DNA from: Podarcis bocagei
Lineage: Eukaryota
Length of the DNA stretch: 64,000 nucleotides
Reading direction: 5' to 3' (one strand)
NCBI GenBank assembly: GCA_964188305.1
Contig: OZ076893.1
Positions 11,895 through 63,593 of the stretch are shown here, one piece after another. The notes beneath the pieces are model-generated. The model searched no databases, had not been told where the DNA came from, and saw only the letters and a list, made by a program, of their open reading frames with translations. Position numbers and translations under genes: made by a program. The stretch's first letter is position 1. The number at the start of each line of letters is the position of its first letter.

Positions 11895-13600
11895 AGCTCT
11901 CAGATGTTACCAAAGGGCTACACTCTCTGCTTTATAACATAGATGCCTTGAAGGTTTAATAACAAACTGCAGAATTCCCTAGATAGAAACACAATCTATT
12001 TGTTAATGTCACTGAGTTGTGCATGCAGTAGAAGTACACAAAAATTTATTGGCAAATGCTGACCAAGAACAAATGCAAAACAAAGCAAACTCCCAAATTT
12101 TCAAAGTAGCTTTTACTTGCTGTCAACAGCATTACTTTAGGGAAAGTAACAGTCCCCCCATATTATTCATTCATCTTCAAGGTGTTTCCAAAGAATATAG
12201 GGCTTTAATTTTTTAAGCACATACAACATTAAGTCCCTTTCAGATTTCTTTTTCACTAAACTTTAAGTAACAACATACTACACAATTGTCTACCTTAACC
12301 TTGCCATTAACAGACTTTTGAGATCTCTGCTGTAAACAAAGAAAATAATAATAATAAAAATGTGCAGAAGTTGTAAGGACTGTTTATCCAATTTTTTTTA
12401 ATTATTTGGTTTTGATTTATTATGATTTCATTTTTTCAGTACCCCTTTCTCTCACAGTTTGTATTTGATTTTTTCTAACTGGATTAGGCAGTCACAGAAA
12501 GGTATCTTCTACTGGGAGTTCAAGGTATGTTGCAATGTGGGAGAAGGCAGTTGTTACTGTTTCAATGAGATTGAGCTATGGCCATAAGGAATGATGCACC
12601 TTCTAGTGCATGACCAATTGCTCATCACACCCAACATATTAGAAATTAAGAGTGGCTGGGAGAGAGAAAAGAGGATCTCAAACTTGAATTAGACTAGTTA
12701 CAACAGAAAATGAGGGGTCATTCCAACAAAGGAAAACATAGAGTTGGACATATGAATGTCCCTGCAGCTCTACACAGGCACTTGCTGCAACTAAGTCCGT
12801 TTGCAGCTACAATAAAAAAAGAGTCTAATTTCTAAATAACAGAAAGCCCTTTGGTGAGGAAGTTTCAGATAGTATCTGCACATCTAAAGTTAGCGTTCCT
12901 AGCTGTTGTGTTAGTGCAGCAGAGTTAAACATGCAGTGCACCAGAGCAAACTACACTGTTAGATTGTAGGTATTAAAACTAATGAGCTAGAAATAGGTGC
13001 TAATTGTTGACACATATACTAAGGAATAAACATGTGGAAATGGGTCTACCCATCTACGTGAAGAAAAATGCTCTTCTGAATTGCACTGTTTTATAATATT
13101 CAACTTATTCTGTCTCTAAATGACCTTCCTGTACTCATGCAATGTTTTATTTGAGCTTATTATGTTGTAGACACTATATTAAAGACTAAGTTGGCACGTG
13201 CCTTTAGCTAATGAACATCAGGAGTTACCGACGTTAATGCCAACTGACATATAGTGGATGTTGTTGTTGTTCTTGTTGTTAGCGATAGGTCACTCTAATC
13301 TACCATAGGTTTCAAGCAACATTCTTAATATGCAGCAATGAAAGATGAGAGGGTAGAAACACACAGAAACAAATGAAACAGAATACCAAAATTGTTAAGC
13401 ACACGCAAACACATTACATCTTCTTTCAAAATGTTGTTGGCTATGTGTATTTTTCTATGTGTAGCCTCATCCAGTTGTGTATTCCACAACATAATAGTGA
13501 GTTTCACTTAAGTGTATTGTTCTTAAATGTGTATGAATACAACTCCTGAAAAAAAACAACCACCAATATTGAAATAAAATACTCAACTTTTAATGAAATT
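11895..13600 (+). other. MBP: MBP 3'UTR, end approximate; candidate polyA signal AATAAA at 13573-13578
   Basis: Repeat-free AU-rich sequence after the stop. Several AATAAA hexamers; the one at 13573 is followed by U-rich sequence. Confidence 0.55.
12978..13004 (+). promoter_or_regulatory. Bipartite Quaking response element (ACUAAY-N17-UAAY) in MBP 3'UTR
   Basis: actaat at 12978-12983 and taat at 13001-13004; MBP mRNA is an established QKI target. Confidence 0.55.
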
Positions 13601-14489
13601 TGGAGGATTTAATTTTTTTAAGCGTTTAGGACTTTAAGGTCAATCACACAAGCCAATAAACTAGACAGACAAACTGCTTCAAAGCTACACACAAGCATAC
13701 ACTATGTCTGATTGTGATGCTTAATCTTTTAGAACATTCTGCCAAGTGTTTGAAGGGAAATGAAAGATCCACATTTCACCAAATGATTTTCTTCCTGTCT
13801 TTGCTTCCTGTGGATTTATTTATTTTTTATCTATATTTTTGCATCTCTTCAAAAGAAAATTTTCAATCCTGCACACAGTTCTTTCAAAGTAAAGATATTT
13901 TAAATGCAAAGCACGTAGAGCCAAGTAATATGTTTAGGACTGGATTGTACATTCCGTACACTCCGTTAAGTCGAAGCCATCAAATGAAACATGGTGAACG
14001 TTTGTCAGTATATGTCAGTATAAGCCACTTGTATCATCATTTCCTTCCAGAGTCTGGGGCGTTAAACAAAGTGCTCAAACTCAGGCAAAAAGAAAAAAAA
14101 GTCCTGCCTCCCTCTGAAAAGTCCAGGACTACAATTCAAAAAAAATGTCAAGAGGAAAGCACTAAGCAGTTCTTGCCTTCTATTCACAACGGACCTCCTA
14201 TAGCTCCTGAAGCCCATTTGGCCTGCAAAATGGCCTAGTTCTCACTTAAGTGATAAAACCAGTGTGAATTACCGGTATAACACTGCAGACTGCAGGTGGA
14301 TGCTTACATAACTGAATGCTATTCCACACGAAAAACCACAATTCACATGGGGAAAAAGAAGTTAGGGAGAATTGCTCTTTTCTTGCCTTCTCCCTGACAT
14401 GCTCATTTTTCATGTGGAAAGGAGGTTGTTGTTGTTTTTGTATACACTATTCAGTTAAACGAGCCCCACAGCTACCAAGAGACTTTTTT

Positions 14490-14690
14490 CTTTATTTATA
14501 TCCCACCCTTTCCTCCAAGGAGTTCAAGGTGGTTACAAGGTTCTCCCCAACCTATTTTTCATCACAACCATCCACTGAGGTAGAATAGGCTGAGTGACTG
14601 AGTGACTGGCCCAAGGTCACCCAGTGAACACTTCACGACTGAGTGGGGATTGGAACACTGGTCTCCAGCATTCTTACCAATATGCCACAC
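14490..14690 (-). mobile_element. MIR-like tRNA-derived SINE, degraded
   Basis: gtgactggcccaaggtcacccagtga core with ttatttatatcccaccc tail. Confidence 0.7.
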
Positions 14691-15504
14691 AACACTCATA
14701 AAATGTGTGCCTGAGTGAAAACTAGATGACCAACTCATTGGTTTTCACTTGCTTACTTGGCCTCTGATTGGTTTAATCTGATTTTTCTCTTCACAGGTTA
14801 ACTGTGCACACTCTCAGTCATCTCAACACTTCCTGCTTCCCACAAACTTTCTGTCACACATTCACTCAATGAAATCGAGCACAGGGCTGGGGCATGAACC
14901 TAGGCCCCTTAACCATACTTAGAGAGTATACCTGTGCAGAAACTAATACAATGTGAGATGCTTAATGCCTCTCAGAATGCCCTGTCATTGGGCAACAACT
15001 TTGAACCCTATCAAGCTGGAATCCATATGGCACAATTGGTATAGGTGCTGTAATCTAAGGAACTTGACAAATATACTTCCCATATTATTCTTCATGTCTG
15101 CTCACAGTAGTACATTATACTATTTGTGGACACTGTTTTTCTTAAAGGGCATTGAGTTCTACAAGCACACATCTTTCCCACGGACTATAAGTGTCATCCT
15201 TCTCATGGTGTGAATTCAATTAAAAGGCATTCAAGTGTGGAAACATGATAACAGTGCACAAAGAAATCAAGATAACATCCTTTCTTTCACTGAAATGGTA
15301 TAAAATGAGATAAATAGTGGCTAAGATCTTTGGGAGAGAAATTGGGCATGTTGGAGAGAGTGTATAGCCACCAAAAGCAGACCTTTAATGGGTGTAAAAG
15401 ATATCAACCAGGCATCACTATGTGGTACTGCTGCTCTGGAAGTTGGCAGAGTTAACTCCAGAGATGAATAAGGATTTACTGTGAAATGTGTCGAATTCTG
15501 CAGC

Positions 15505-15571
15505 AAAAGAATATAACAGACCTGTGGGACCAGAGCCAAGACCCATCTAGTCCATCGTCATGTTCTCACAG
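15505..15571 (-). mobile_element. CR1 3' tail fragment
   Basis: aagaatataa...cccatctagtcca...gttctcacag. Confidence 0.5.
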
Positions 15572-16077
15572 ATTGATTCTTCTTCAAAATTAACCAAAAA
15601 ACCACCTCTTTTTTTGGGGGGGGGGTTCCAATATGATTTAAAGTCCCAGAAGCCTGGAAAGTAACTAAAATAAAACTTACAGAGTTCACTTGAGCATTAA
15701 ATTTGTTTCTGAGGTGTTCAAAACTACAAGAAGTGTAAATCTATGCTGTACACTGAAGAATGCTTAGGAAATAGGCTCACTATTTTATTCTGAGGTGGAA
15801 GAAAAGCATTGGCGGCCCAAACTCAAAGAATTAAACACCAATAAAGCAAAATAATGTATTAAAACAAAACCTGAAACAAAACCAGGATCTGGCATTGTCC
15901 TGAACTCAGGTCCCAATCTGTGTCACTGAGCATCATACACCAGTCCTTTTAACCCCACTGAAAATTATCTATGAGTACTATAATCTATGAGTACTATAAA
16001 AATTCTACATTCATGAAATAAGTTATTTTTGTTGTTACATCTCACACTTACTCCTACAAGGGTGGCTGGCTAGCTAA

Positions 16078-16107
16078 CATCATCATCATCATCATCATCA
16101 TCATCAT
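16078..16107. repeat. (CAT)n trinucleotide microsatellite
   Basis: Seen directly in sequence. Confidence 0.95.
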
Positions 16108-17347
16108 TAATAATAATAAAAGAATTAACATATTTTTATTTTAAAAAAATTGAAACACGGTGGCAAATTATAAAAGTTCAATTCTTAAATGCCAATGTGA
16201 TCATGTACCCAATGCCTGGCAAAATATAGGCATTCTTCATTTATGCCATAATGTTATGTACATGGGGAACAACCAGATTTCTCTAAGGAGGGAGGTTCCA
16301 CATATGGGGGGGGGCTGCCACCAAGAAGGCCCAGCCCTGTGCCTCAGCCCCACATGCCACGTCCTTCGACGGCACCAAAAAAGCTTTCTAGTTGTCAAGA
16401 AACCTTCCCAAATGGTGCAAGATGTGGCACCGGATATTGCAAATTGAGCCTGCCCTTTGTATGAGTGGAAGGTACTTCCTCTCATGCAAGAAGCCTTTTA
16501 TATCCAAGGTATCACTGTCCAAATCCAGATCAGAAAAGGGAAAAGATTTCGTGACCTCTCATTTTTTTTGAAGAGAATTACCAGGAAGCGGTTTTAAAAC
16601 TTTAAAAAGCAGAAGAGGCCACTAGGACATCTCTCTTATTTCTGCCTTGACATTTTTAGAGCTTTGTGGGGGCGGAGGTGAAATATTAAAGTACTTATTG
16701 TATAAGACTGACAGAAAAACGCCACAAACAAACCTCCACAGAGGCTTTAAAAGCTGTTTACTGGGGCAGGGGCATACAAAGAATCTTCAGGGTGGAATAT
16801 AAAGTTTCTTTACTGACTAAACAGGAGTTTTCCCAGCAGTCTGCATTTTCAGAGAAGAGCTTTAGCAGATGAAGTACCATTAGAAGTTTAGGAGCAGATG
16901 CTATCCTTTCAAGAGGAAACATGCAGAGGTTACTCAGAGATGAAGGAGAAGAGGGTTAGCTGAAAAACACGCATACTCATAGCTGTAAAACGTTCTTTAG
17001 TATTTATTGAGCTCAACAGTATGTGAAGAAGCAATTTCAACTGCTCTCTTGGTAGTAACAAAGTTTGGGGCTCAAGTGTGCTTCAAATCATATAGCTGAG
17101 GAAGGAGCGCTGTCGTTTTTCAGCATACTACTCTTATAAAGATTGACAATCCTAGTCATCATAAAACCCAGAGGATTTCTCTTAATCAGGATGGAGTTTG
17201 GCATGGAGATCTTCCTGGAAAGAGGCATAATCTGAAAGCTCCCAAATGAATAAGTTAAATAGCATCAATGTGGATGTCCCTGTAGTTGTGAACATTCGTT
17301 CTGCTCACCCAAAACTTGCCTTCTGAAAAATGCAAGATTATTGCACA

Positions 17348-17363
17348 TTTCTTTCTTTCTTTT

Positions 17364-17423
<60 letters not shown>

Positions 17424-17425
17424 TC
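17348..17425. repeat. (TTTC)n microsatellite
   Basis: Seen directly in sequence. Confidence 0.97.
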
Positions 17426-18932
17426 CCCATTTTAATGAACCATTCAACAAATAGCAAGCTATTCCGCACACGACTGGAATGGAAATGGAATGGGAGCGTA
17501 TTTCCTAAAAGAATAATGGTAGATGAAACAGGCTGAAAGCAGTAGAAGCCAGAAAATGGGAACAGCTCTTTCCACCATTCTCTGAGAATCTGACTCTCTC
17601 CCCTGTTGTGTGTGCACCTTTTCGAACTTGTCTCTTGTTACATACTGCTTTTGTAAGTATGTGTGCTTTTTTATTGAAACATTTTCATGGCTTGCAAAGG
17701 CACACTCTGTTTTCAGTTCATAAAGTCCTTTCTACAGGCCAGTTTTGAAAAGGGTTTTTATAATCCTAACATTTCAAACTGAAATGCTCCTTTAGAATGA
17801 AGTGTTTGTAGCAGTCCGTACTCAATGCCTATTGCTTAATTTCTCAGAGTCTCCTCAAATCAGTTTCCCTTGCACTACCACAAGCTCCAACAGACACCAT
17901 TGAGCCTGTACCATCCCAAGGACTTTGTGCACATTTAACAGGCAACTCTGCAAAACAGGTGCATAATAACTTGGCTGTGAGCCCATGGGCCCTGATTGAC
18001 TTCAGCTACAAATATAGTTGTTTTCAACAGCCCACTGAAGAGGGACCTAAACTGATGAATTAATGTAGAGAAGCAAGTTGCTTTTGAGGTGTCACTTCTG
18101 GCCTCATTTTCATTTAGCAGAAACTCAGATCAGCAAATATGGTACAGCACTGAGGCAGAACACCAGGAATTATGAGTTTGAGCACAGACTCATATGCTCG
18201 TGAACAAAATTGCATTTGGTGTGACTGATTAAGAAAACTTAATTGCTAAGGGAATCTGAACTGAGATTACAAAATGCAATTGCCATTTGAAGCACTTCTA
18301 AGGTTGCACAAATTGAGCTCATGGATGGGTTACCGGATGCAGGCCCCAACATAGCAGAGGCTATTCAGCAGCCTCAGCTTTTATATATTCTGTAAGCTGT
18401 CCAGAGTGGTTAGGGAAACCCAGCCAGATGGGCAGAATATAAATAATAAAATTATTATTTTTATTAGCAGCTAGGGTTGCTTTCTCTGCTGCATAGCATC
18501 AAAATGGGACAATTGTGTCTCCATCCCACCCCGTTTCTAAACTTTAGGCCTTTATACAAATGAAGGGGATGAATGGTATTTGTTTTTCCTGGTTTTTCAG
18601 CAAGATTGTTGCTTCAAGATGGCAGTACGGATACTTCACAATCCTCTGCAACGGTTTCACCTGTTAAGCCTTCTGAATTTAGAGAGGAGGAACAGAACAC
18701 AGATATTCCCAGGGCCTTAGGAATCTTGTACTCTTCAGCTAAGAGTATTCAGTTTGCTGGAATGGTGAGAGAAGAAAGCTTCTCTGATCTGGGCAAGGCA
18801 GGAAAGGAACTAGGGTGGAGCCTGCACTACTAGCCAGTCTTCAAATCTAGGTCACAGGAGCCTACCTTTCCTCAGTAGGTGGACAAAACCCATGTCTGGA
18901 TCCCTCCCTCCTACTGAGTTGAGAAAGTGTTA

Positions 18933-19055
18933 TTGTTGTTTAGTCATTTAGTCGTGTCCGACTCTTTGTGACCCCATGGACCAGAGCACACCAGGCACTC
19001 CTGTCTTCCACTGCCTCCCGCAGTTTGGTCAAACTCATGCTGGTAACTTCGAGAA
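18933..19055 (-). mobile_element. BovB/RTE LINE 3' end
   Basis: ttgttgtttagtcatttagtcgtgtccgactctttgtgaccccatggac is the reverse complement of the BovB 3' terminus with a (CAA)n tail. Confidence 0.85.
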
Positions 19056-19159
19056 AGTAGTGAACTGTAAATTCTGGTAACATAGCTTACTTGGATCCAT
19101 TTCAAATCAAGTTTCTAGTTTGGCATAGAACTAAAATGGCTTTGGTCATCTTGGTAAAG

Positions 19160-19620
19160 TATTTATCCTAGAGAAATGATGGGAGATTACTATTCCATCC
19201 CATAGCCTTTGGGGTGTCTCAGGATGCCATCTTGTGTCACATGCTATTTAGCATTTATGTAAAAACCATTGCGAGAAGTTCCTTTTGGACTAAAGTGTCA
19301 TCGGCATGTCATTCTTTTTCACATTTTTAATTCCAGCTCCAAACAGGTGTTTGGGACCACTTTGGGGTTAGATGAGGCAAACAAGTTGAAACCTAATCTA
19401 GATAATCTACTGTGGGTAGCAAACTCTGCAAATCTGATTGTCAGTGTAAGTGGTTGTGGATGGGGTTGCACTCTCCATGAAATATCAAATTTACAGCCTG
19501 GGAGTTCTCCTAGACACAGCACTGTTGATGGAAGCACACATGATCTCAGTGGCTACAAGTGCCTTGAAATGGGATAGCTTGATTCACCAGCATTGACCCT
19601 TTCTAAAGAGAAGTAATCTT
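19160..19620 (+). mobile_element. Decayed L2/CR1-group LINE reverse-transcriptase fragment
   Basis: Broken frames read GVSQDAILCHMLFSIYVK(P)L (cf. GVPQGSILxPxLFNIY) and NKLKPNLD (cf. NKLKLNPDKT). Confidence 0.65.
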
Positions 19621-19883
19621 ACCAGTGTTGTACATGCCCCAATTACAGCTTGGTTACACCCACCAGGGGCTATTGCCCCTGCTCATCTACACCCTACTCA
19701 TAAAAACAAAAGCCCTTCTAGCCCAGCATTCTGCCCCTCTCTTTATACCTCACTCAAAGCCCCAACCCCCACTAGTCCTTCAAGGATTCCCCCATATCCC
19801 AACTCCTTCATTGGCCCCCCATACCCTCACAGCTCCTCTCTGTTCTTCCATCCTTGCTTTATTCAAACCTCTGTTGTTTAAAA

Positions 19884-20019
19884 CAGGCTTCCTCAACCTT
19901 GGCCCTCCAGATTTTTTTGGCCTACAACTCCCATGATGCTTAGCTAGCAGGACCAGTGGTCAGGGATGATGGGAACTGTAGTCTCAAAACATCTGGAGGG
20001 CCAAGGTTGAAGAAGCCTG
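19884..20019. mobile_element. 136-bp hAT MITE with 8-bp TSD gtttaaaa
   Basis: TIR caggcttcctcaaccttggccctccagat; TSD at 19876-19883 and 20020-20027. Confidence 0.88.
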
Positions 20020-20298
20020 GTTTAAAACGTGCCATCTTTTGCTCCCCTACCCAATGGCCTAACTTTATGCAAACCTGGGATTGTGATGAGGCCGCAAAAT
20101 CGTCCAGTGGTGGCTACACTCTGATATCATTGCTGTGTGATGACCTCACCTTTTTATGTAATGTAGGAAGATATAGATACATGATTTGAAAATATTCTGA
20201 ACGACAGAAGTAACATTACTGATGTTAACACACAGGTTCTACTGTGAAAGAAATGATTTAACACAAGTTGGGGGAACACTAAGGACATATCCCTGGTA

Positions 20299-20493
20299 CA
20301 GTGGTACCTTGGTAGTCAAATGGCTTGGCTCCCAAACAAATCGACTCCCAAACGCCACAAACCCGGGAGTGAGTGATCCGGTTTGCAAATGTTTTTCGGA
20401 AACCAAACGTCCAACGCGGCTTGGTTTTCAAATGTTTTCGGGAGTCGAATGGACTCCTGGAATGGATTAAGTTTGACTACCAAGGTACCACTG
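20299..20493. mobile_element. Tigger/pogo-like MITE with perfect 22-bp TIRs and TA TSD
   Basis: TA|cagtggtaccttggtagtcaaa ... tttgactaccaaggtaccactg|TA. Confidence 0.9.
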
Positions 20494-20669
20494 TACTGCG
20501 ACTAAGGATGGTGTGATGATACTGGTTCATCTGAGCTATGAGAAGCCTACAGAATCAAGACCAAGTGCTCTCTTGTTCAGCCACACTAGTTAAGATTTCC
20601 TCCCCACCAAATTGATAGGAACACCCATTCAAAGCTTCTGAAAAAGAACATATTAGACACAAAACCAAG

Positions 20670-22155
20670 TTTGGAAAAAAATAATATTATTTAAAATATG
20701 TCTGACTTAAATATTTCCACATAACAAAGTGTTATTTTCAAGTCACCAGCTATATCACTTATATACATATGTCCACAGTTAACAAAACAATTATGAGATG
20801 TCCTATCAAAAAGCAGTGATTTTTCCCATTCAGGAAATAGAAAGAACTAGTCGTATAATACACAAGTATAAATTATATGTACATATATCTTCTTTCTGGA
20901 ACTGAGGGCAAATAAAAAGCAATTATTCTTCAGAAAGGTGTAACATGTCTACATTGCAATAAAATGAATCAATACTGATTTTGAAGTGGTCACTTAAAGT
21001 TGAAAACTTTATGAGCACTTCTTGTAACTGGGATTTTTGTTATTTACAAAATATACTCAACAGCCACATAGAGGCTTAATTATCTGTATATATACATACG
21101 CACACATATATATAACATATAAAGAAATTCAAAAATTTAAAGTAAAATTAAGCAAAATCCTTCTGTCTTTGGAATGTCTTAAAACAGAAAATGCTTTATT
21201 CCAGTGTTTCTTTAGATATATTACCTTTTCTAAGTAAATGGGGCTTTTCAGAACATTACTGAAAAGCCTAGGTAGTTTTATTTTTATTTTTAATCAAATG
21301 TCAACAAAATCAAGGTTATATTAATTGGGGGCTGTCAGAAACCAATCTGCATTTGCTGATACAACTTGTGCTACAGCTCACTTGGTTTGCTCAAGACAAG
21401 GCATGGTAGTATGCCCTATTATTTTTAACTTATGGCTTATGTTTTTCATAGTTATCAAGCTAAAACTTCTGAGCATTAAGACCTAACACAGAAAATATGT
21501 GCATTTGTTGTTCACTTCAAGGAGATTCTATTATTAGTTACATTTTCTTTGAATAATTATTGCTGAATGTGAAGCTAAACATGTACAATTAAGAAATTAA
21601 TTTAAAAAATGGCTTTAATAAAATGAATATGGTCCATCACTTTCTGACATGTCAGCAACACCAGCACCATAATGTAATACCAATTAATGAACTAAAGTAA
21701 TACCAGACATTTAATGCCTTATTGTAATATGAATTCTCTACTGCATGCATCTAACTTTCTTCCAATTAATTTTAAACAGTCAGGACATCCTCATGATTGC
21801 CAGAACTTCCATGCTGTCTACCTTCTAATCAACGTTCATTGATACCAAGGTCTGGGCGTGTGTCTTTTGTTTGTTTTTTTACATGAATACACGTATGATG
21901 GGATTCAAAAGATGAGCAAACTCCATGTACCTGAGATCATTGATTGTAGTCAAGATAGCAAAGTATCTGGTGTTTCTTCAATATCCTACAAGCTTACAAA
22001 AGACAACCATTCTTTTGGTAGTTTTGTAAAATTTAAAAAGTTATATTATCTTATTATTTTTAATATGTTCAGTTTTAATAGTAAAAATCCATAGGTGACT
22101 ATCTTTATAAAAATTCTAGTCCTGAAAGCATTTTGAGCTTTCACCTTGGTTGTCA
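20670..22155 (-). other. ZNF236: ZNF236 3'UTR, distal end approximate
   Basis: Repeat-free AU-rich block with four UGUAHAUA elements down to 20760, followed by U/GU-rich sequence. No canonical AATAAA at the distal end; canonical hexamers lie more proximally near 21195 and 21277. Confidence 0.5.
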
Positions 22156-61422
<39,267 letters not shown>

Positions 61423-62309
61423 CTACAAAATAATAATAAAAAACCTTTTTTTAATTAAACTTGTTCTGATTGCTTATTTTACAGCTGCTCAAAAATGTCT
61501 ATTACCATTTGCAAAGTTTTGTATTTTTTTTCTAGTTTTGTTATTGTAAAAAATATGAATAATTTGAAAATAAGTTATTTCATTGCCTAAAGCTCTCAAC
61601 AGCACATATTAAAAACACAAGCTAACCTTTCTTTCCCCTTTAATTTGTAACAAACTTTTCAGGTTACATAGGTTGCAATCCTCTTATTTATTCTTGTATA
61701 ATCAGTGATTTCAAAAGTTACATAAAATATAATAAACGACTGCAGACACAGTGAACAATCTAAATAGAAAGGTGTACTTGCAACTCTTGTATCCGGTTCT
61801 CAAGACCCCAAATACGCAACAGAATGTTAATTACAATACTATTAAAAATAAGCTAAATTTGTAGAACTATCTGCATGTTTATTATGTATTATTGTGTTGA
61901 GGGATTCTTAACAGCCTGATCCTTTGTGGAATTAGGCATACAAAAACCTAGTGAAATCAATGGGCTAAGTTGTGGTATCAAGATTGTACTCACAGATATC
62001 AACTTAGTTCTGATTTTTAAAAACTGCACATTGTTCACTTTGTTTACTTCAGCACCTGTACATATTACACTTTGTCCATCTTGTGTTTTGTAACCGATAC
62101 TAATTCTTAAAATAGTGTAAAGTTCAAAAAGGAAACTGTCTCCCAAAACAGTAAGTAAAATGTGAATGTAGGCTTCTTTCATAGTTTTTGAAACAAGATA
62201 CTGACTTGTTTTGTGGTTGGAGCCTTCCCGCCAAAAGAAGTGTAACCAACTTCGCAGTCTTCCCTTTTAGTACAGAAGACCAGAGATGCTAGGTACTAAT
62301 ATAAATTCA

Positions 62310-62525
62310 TTCTATTTCTCTAGCCCACCTTTTTCTCAAAGGAGCTCAATCTACATAGTTCCCCCATCCCCATTTTATCCTAAGTACAACCCTATGAGGT
62401 AGGTTAGGCTGAGACACAGTAACTGGCCCGGGGTCACCCAGTGAGCTTCATGGCTAGTGGGGACTTGAACCCCGATCTCCTATGTCCTAGTCCAGTACTC
62501 TAACCAATACATCACAGTGGCTCTC
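62310..62525 (-). mobile_element. MIR-like tRNA-derived SINE
   Basis: acaaccctatgaggtaggttaggctgaga...aactggcccggggtcacccagtgagcttcatggc...cttgaacccc. Confidence 0.75.
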
Positions 62526-63459
62526 AGTGTGATTTCACCACTTCATCTCTGTGACTACTCTAACATGAGGTGTTTTTAAGGAAGAAATGTCTCACAGCAA
62601 CAAATTCACTTTTGTTGTGGAGATACACTCAGACTATAAGCAGGGATACAGGAAAACATGTTTAAGAAATACAGGAAACTTTAATGAGATACCCCACAAG
62701 TGTAATGTTCAGCAGCCTATAAAAAAGCAGACTGCAGGGCCTCTTCATCACCGCTGCCAAGGACCAGCTCCATCAGTCCTCAACTATCATCTACAACAGC
62801 CATAACGAGAGTTTTTAACTTTTCCTCTGAAATTTGGCCAACTTATTTGAATCCATTTCATAAACCCATTGGTATGTTTATTCTTGGTCCCTTCACAACG
62901 TGATTCTTTTGGGGACCCACCTGCGGAAGGTGTCAAATACTGAACGTGGAAGAAAGTGATCAATTTAGAGCAGTAGACAGATGTGGGTATACAACTACTA
63001 AATCATCACCAACTGCTATTTCACCAGCTGGATTTGGGCTCCTCCAACTCTCACAGCAGGCATTTAGAACAATGGGTTGAAGCAGGAAACAGCACACAAT
63101 CTGAGAAAATTGCCACCACCAACTTGCTGCTGTTTCACCAGCTGGGATTGTGCCCAGCAAGCTAAGCAATGGGTCAGGTTTTTGGTTTTTAAAGCAACAA
63201 CAGCTGTAGAAGAGATATCTAACTTTCAAGTAGTTTTTTTTTTTTTAATGGTTTGAGAACTGGGGCAAGATGAGCAAAACAAAAGCCAATTACACTTGAG
63301 ATGCAGGGGTGGGGGCGGAAAATAGATGCAAGAAAATATTATATTTAGTTTCCCTGTCTTTTATATCCAAAATCTACCTACACGTAATACTTCAATGTAA
63401 TCCTAATCATGCTTACGCAGAAAAAAGTTCCATCAAGTTCAGGACAAAGGATGGATAGG

Positions 63460-63593
63460 CAAAGGCTGGTGAACCTGTGGCCCTCCAGGTGTTCTGCAGT
63501 ACAACTCCCATCTCTGACCATTAGCCATGCTGCCACAATGGATGGGAGTTGTGGTCCAACAACATCAGGAGGGCCACAGGTTCACCATATCTG
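63460..63593. mobile_element. Old hAT-type MITE
   Basis: ggtgaacctgtggccctcc ... ggagggccacaggttcacc inverted repeats. Confidence 0.7.

Noticed and set aside
13714-14238. 174-aa ORF downstream of MBP
   Set aside because: No recognisable homology; runs through poly-A/T tracts.
15966-15997. 16-bp tandem repeat atctatgagtactata x2
   Set aside because: Ordinary slippage duplication in intergenic DNA.
18601-18833. Strong + strand acceptor (tttttcctggtttttcag) followed by open frames, a possible alternative MBP terminal exon
   Set aside because: Lies beyond the likely MBP polyA site, has no similarity to known MBP or Golli peptides, and such acceptors arise by chance.
62921-62939. Possible 19-nt - strand micro-exon or ZNF236 exon 1 donor (ttcag|TATTTG...GCAG|gtgggt)
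   Set aside because: No in-frame ATG before an upstream stop, and the length is not frame-neutral; cannot be supported without RNA data.
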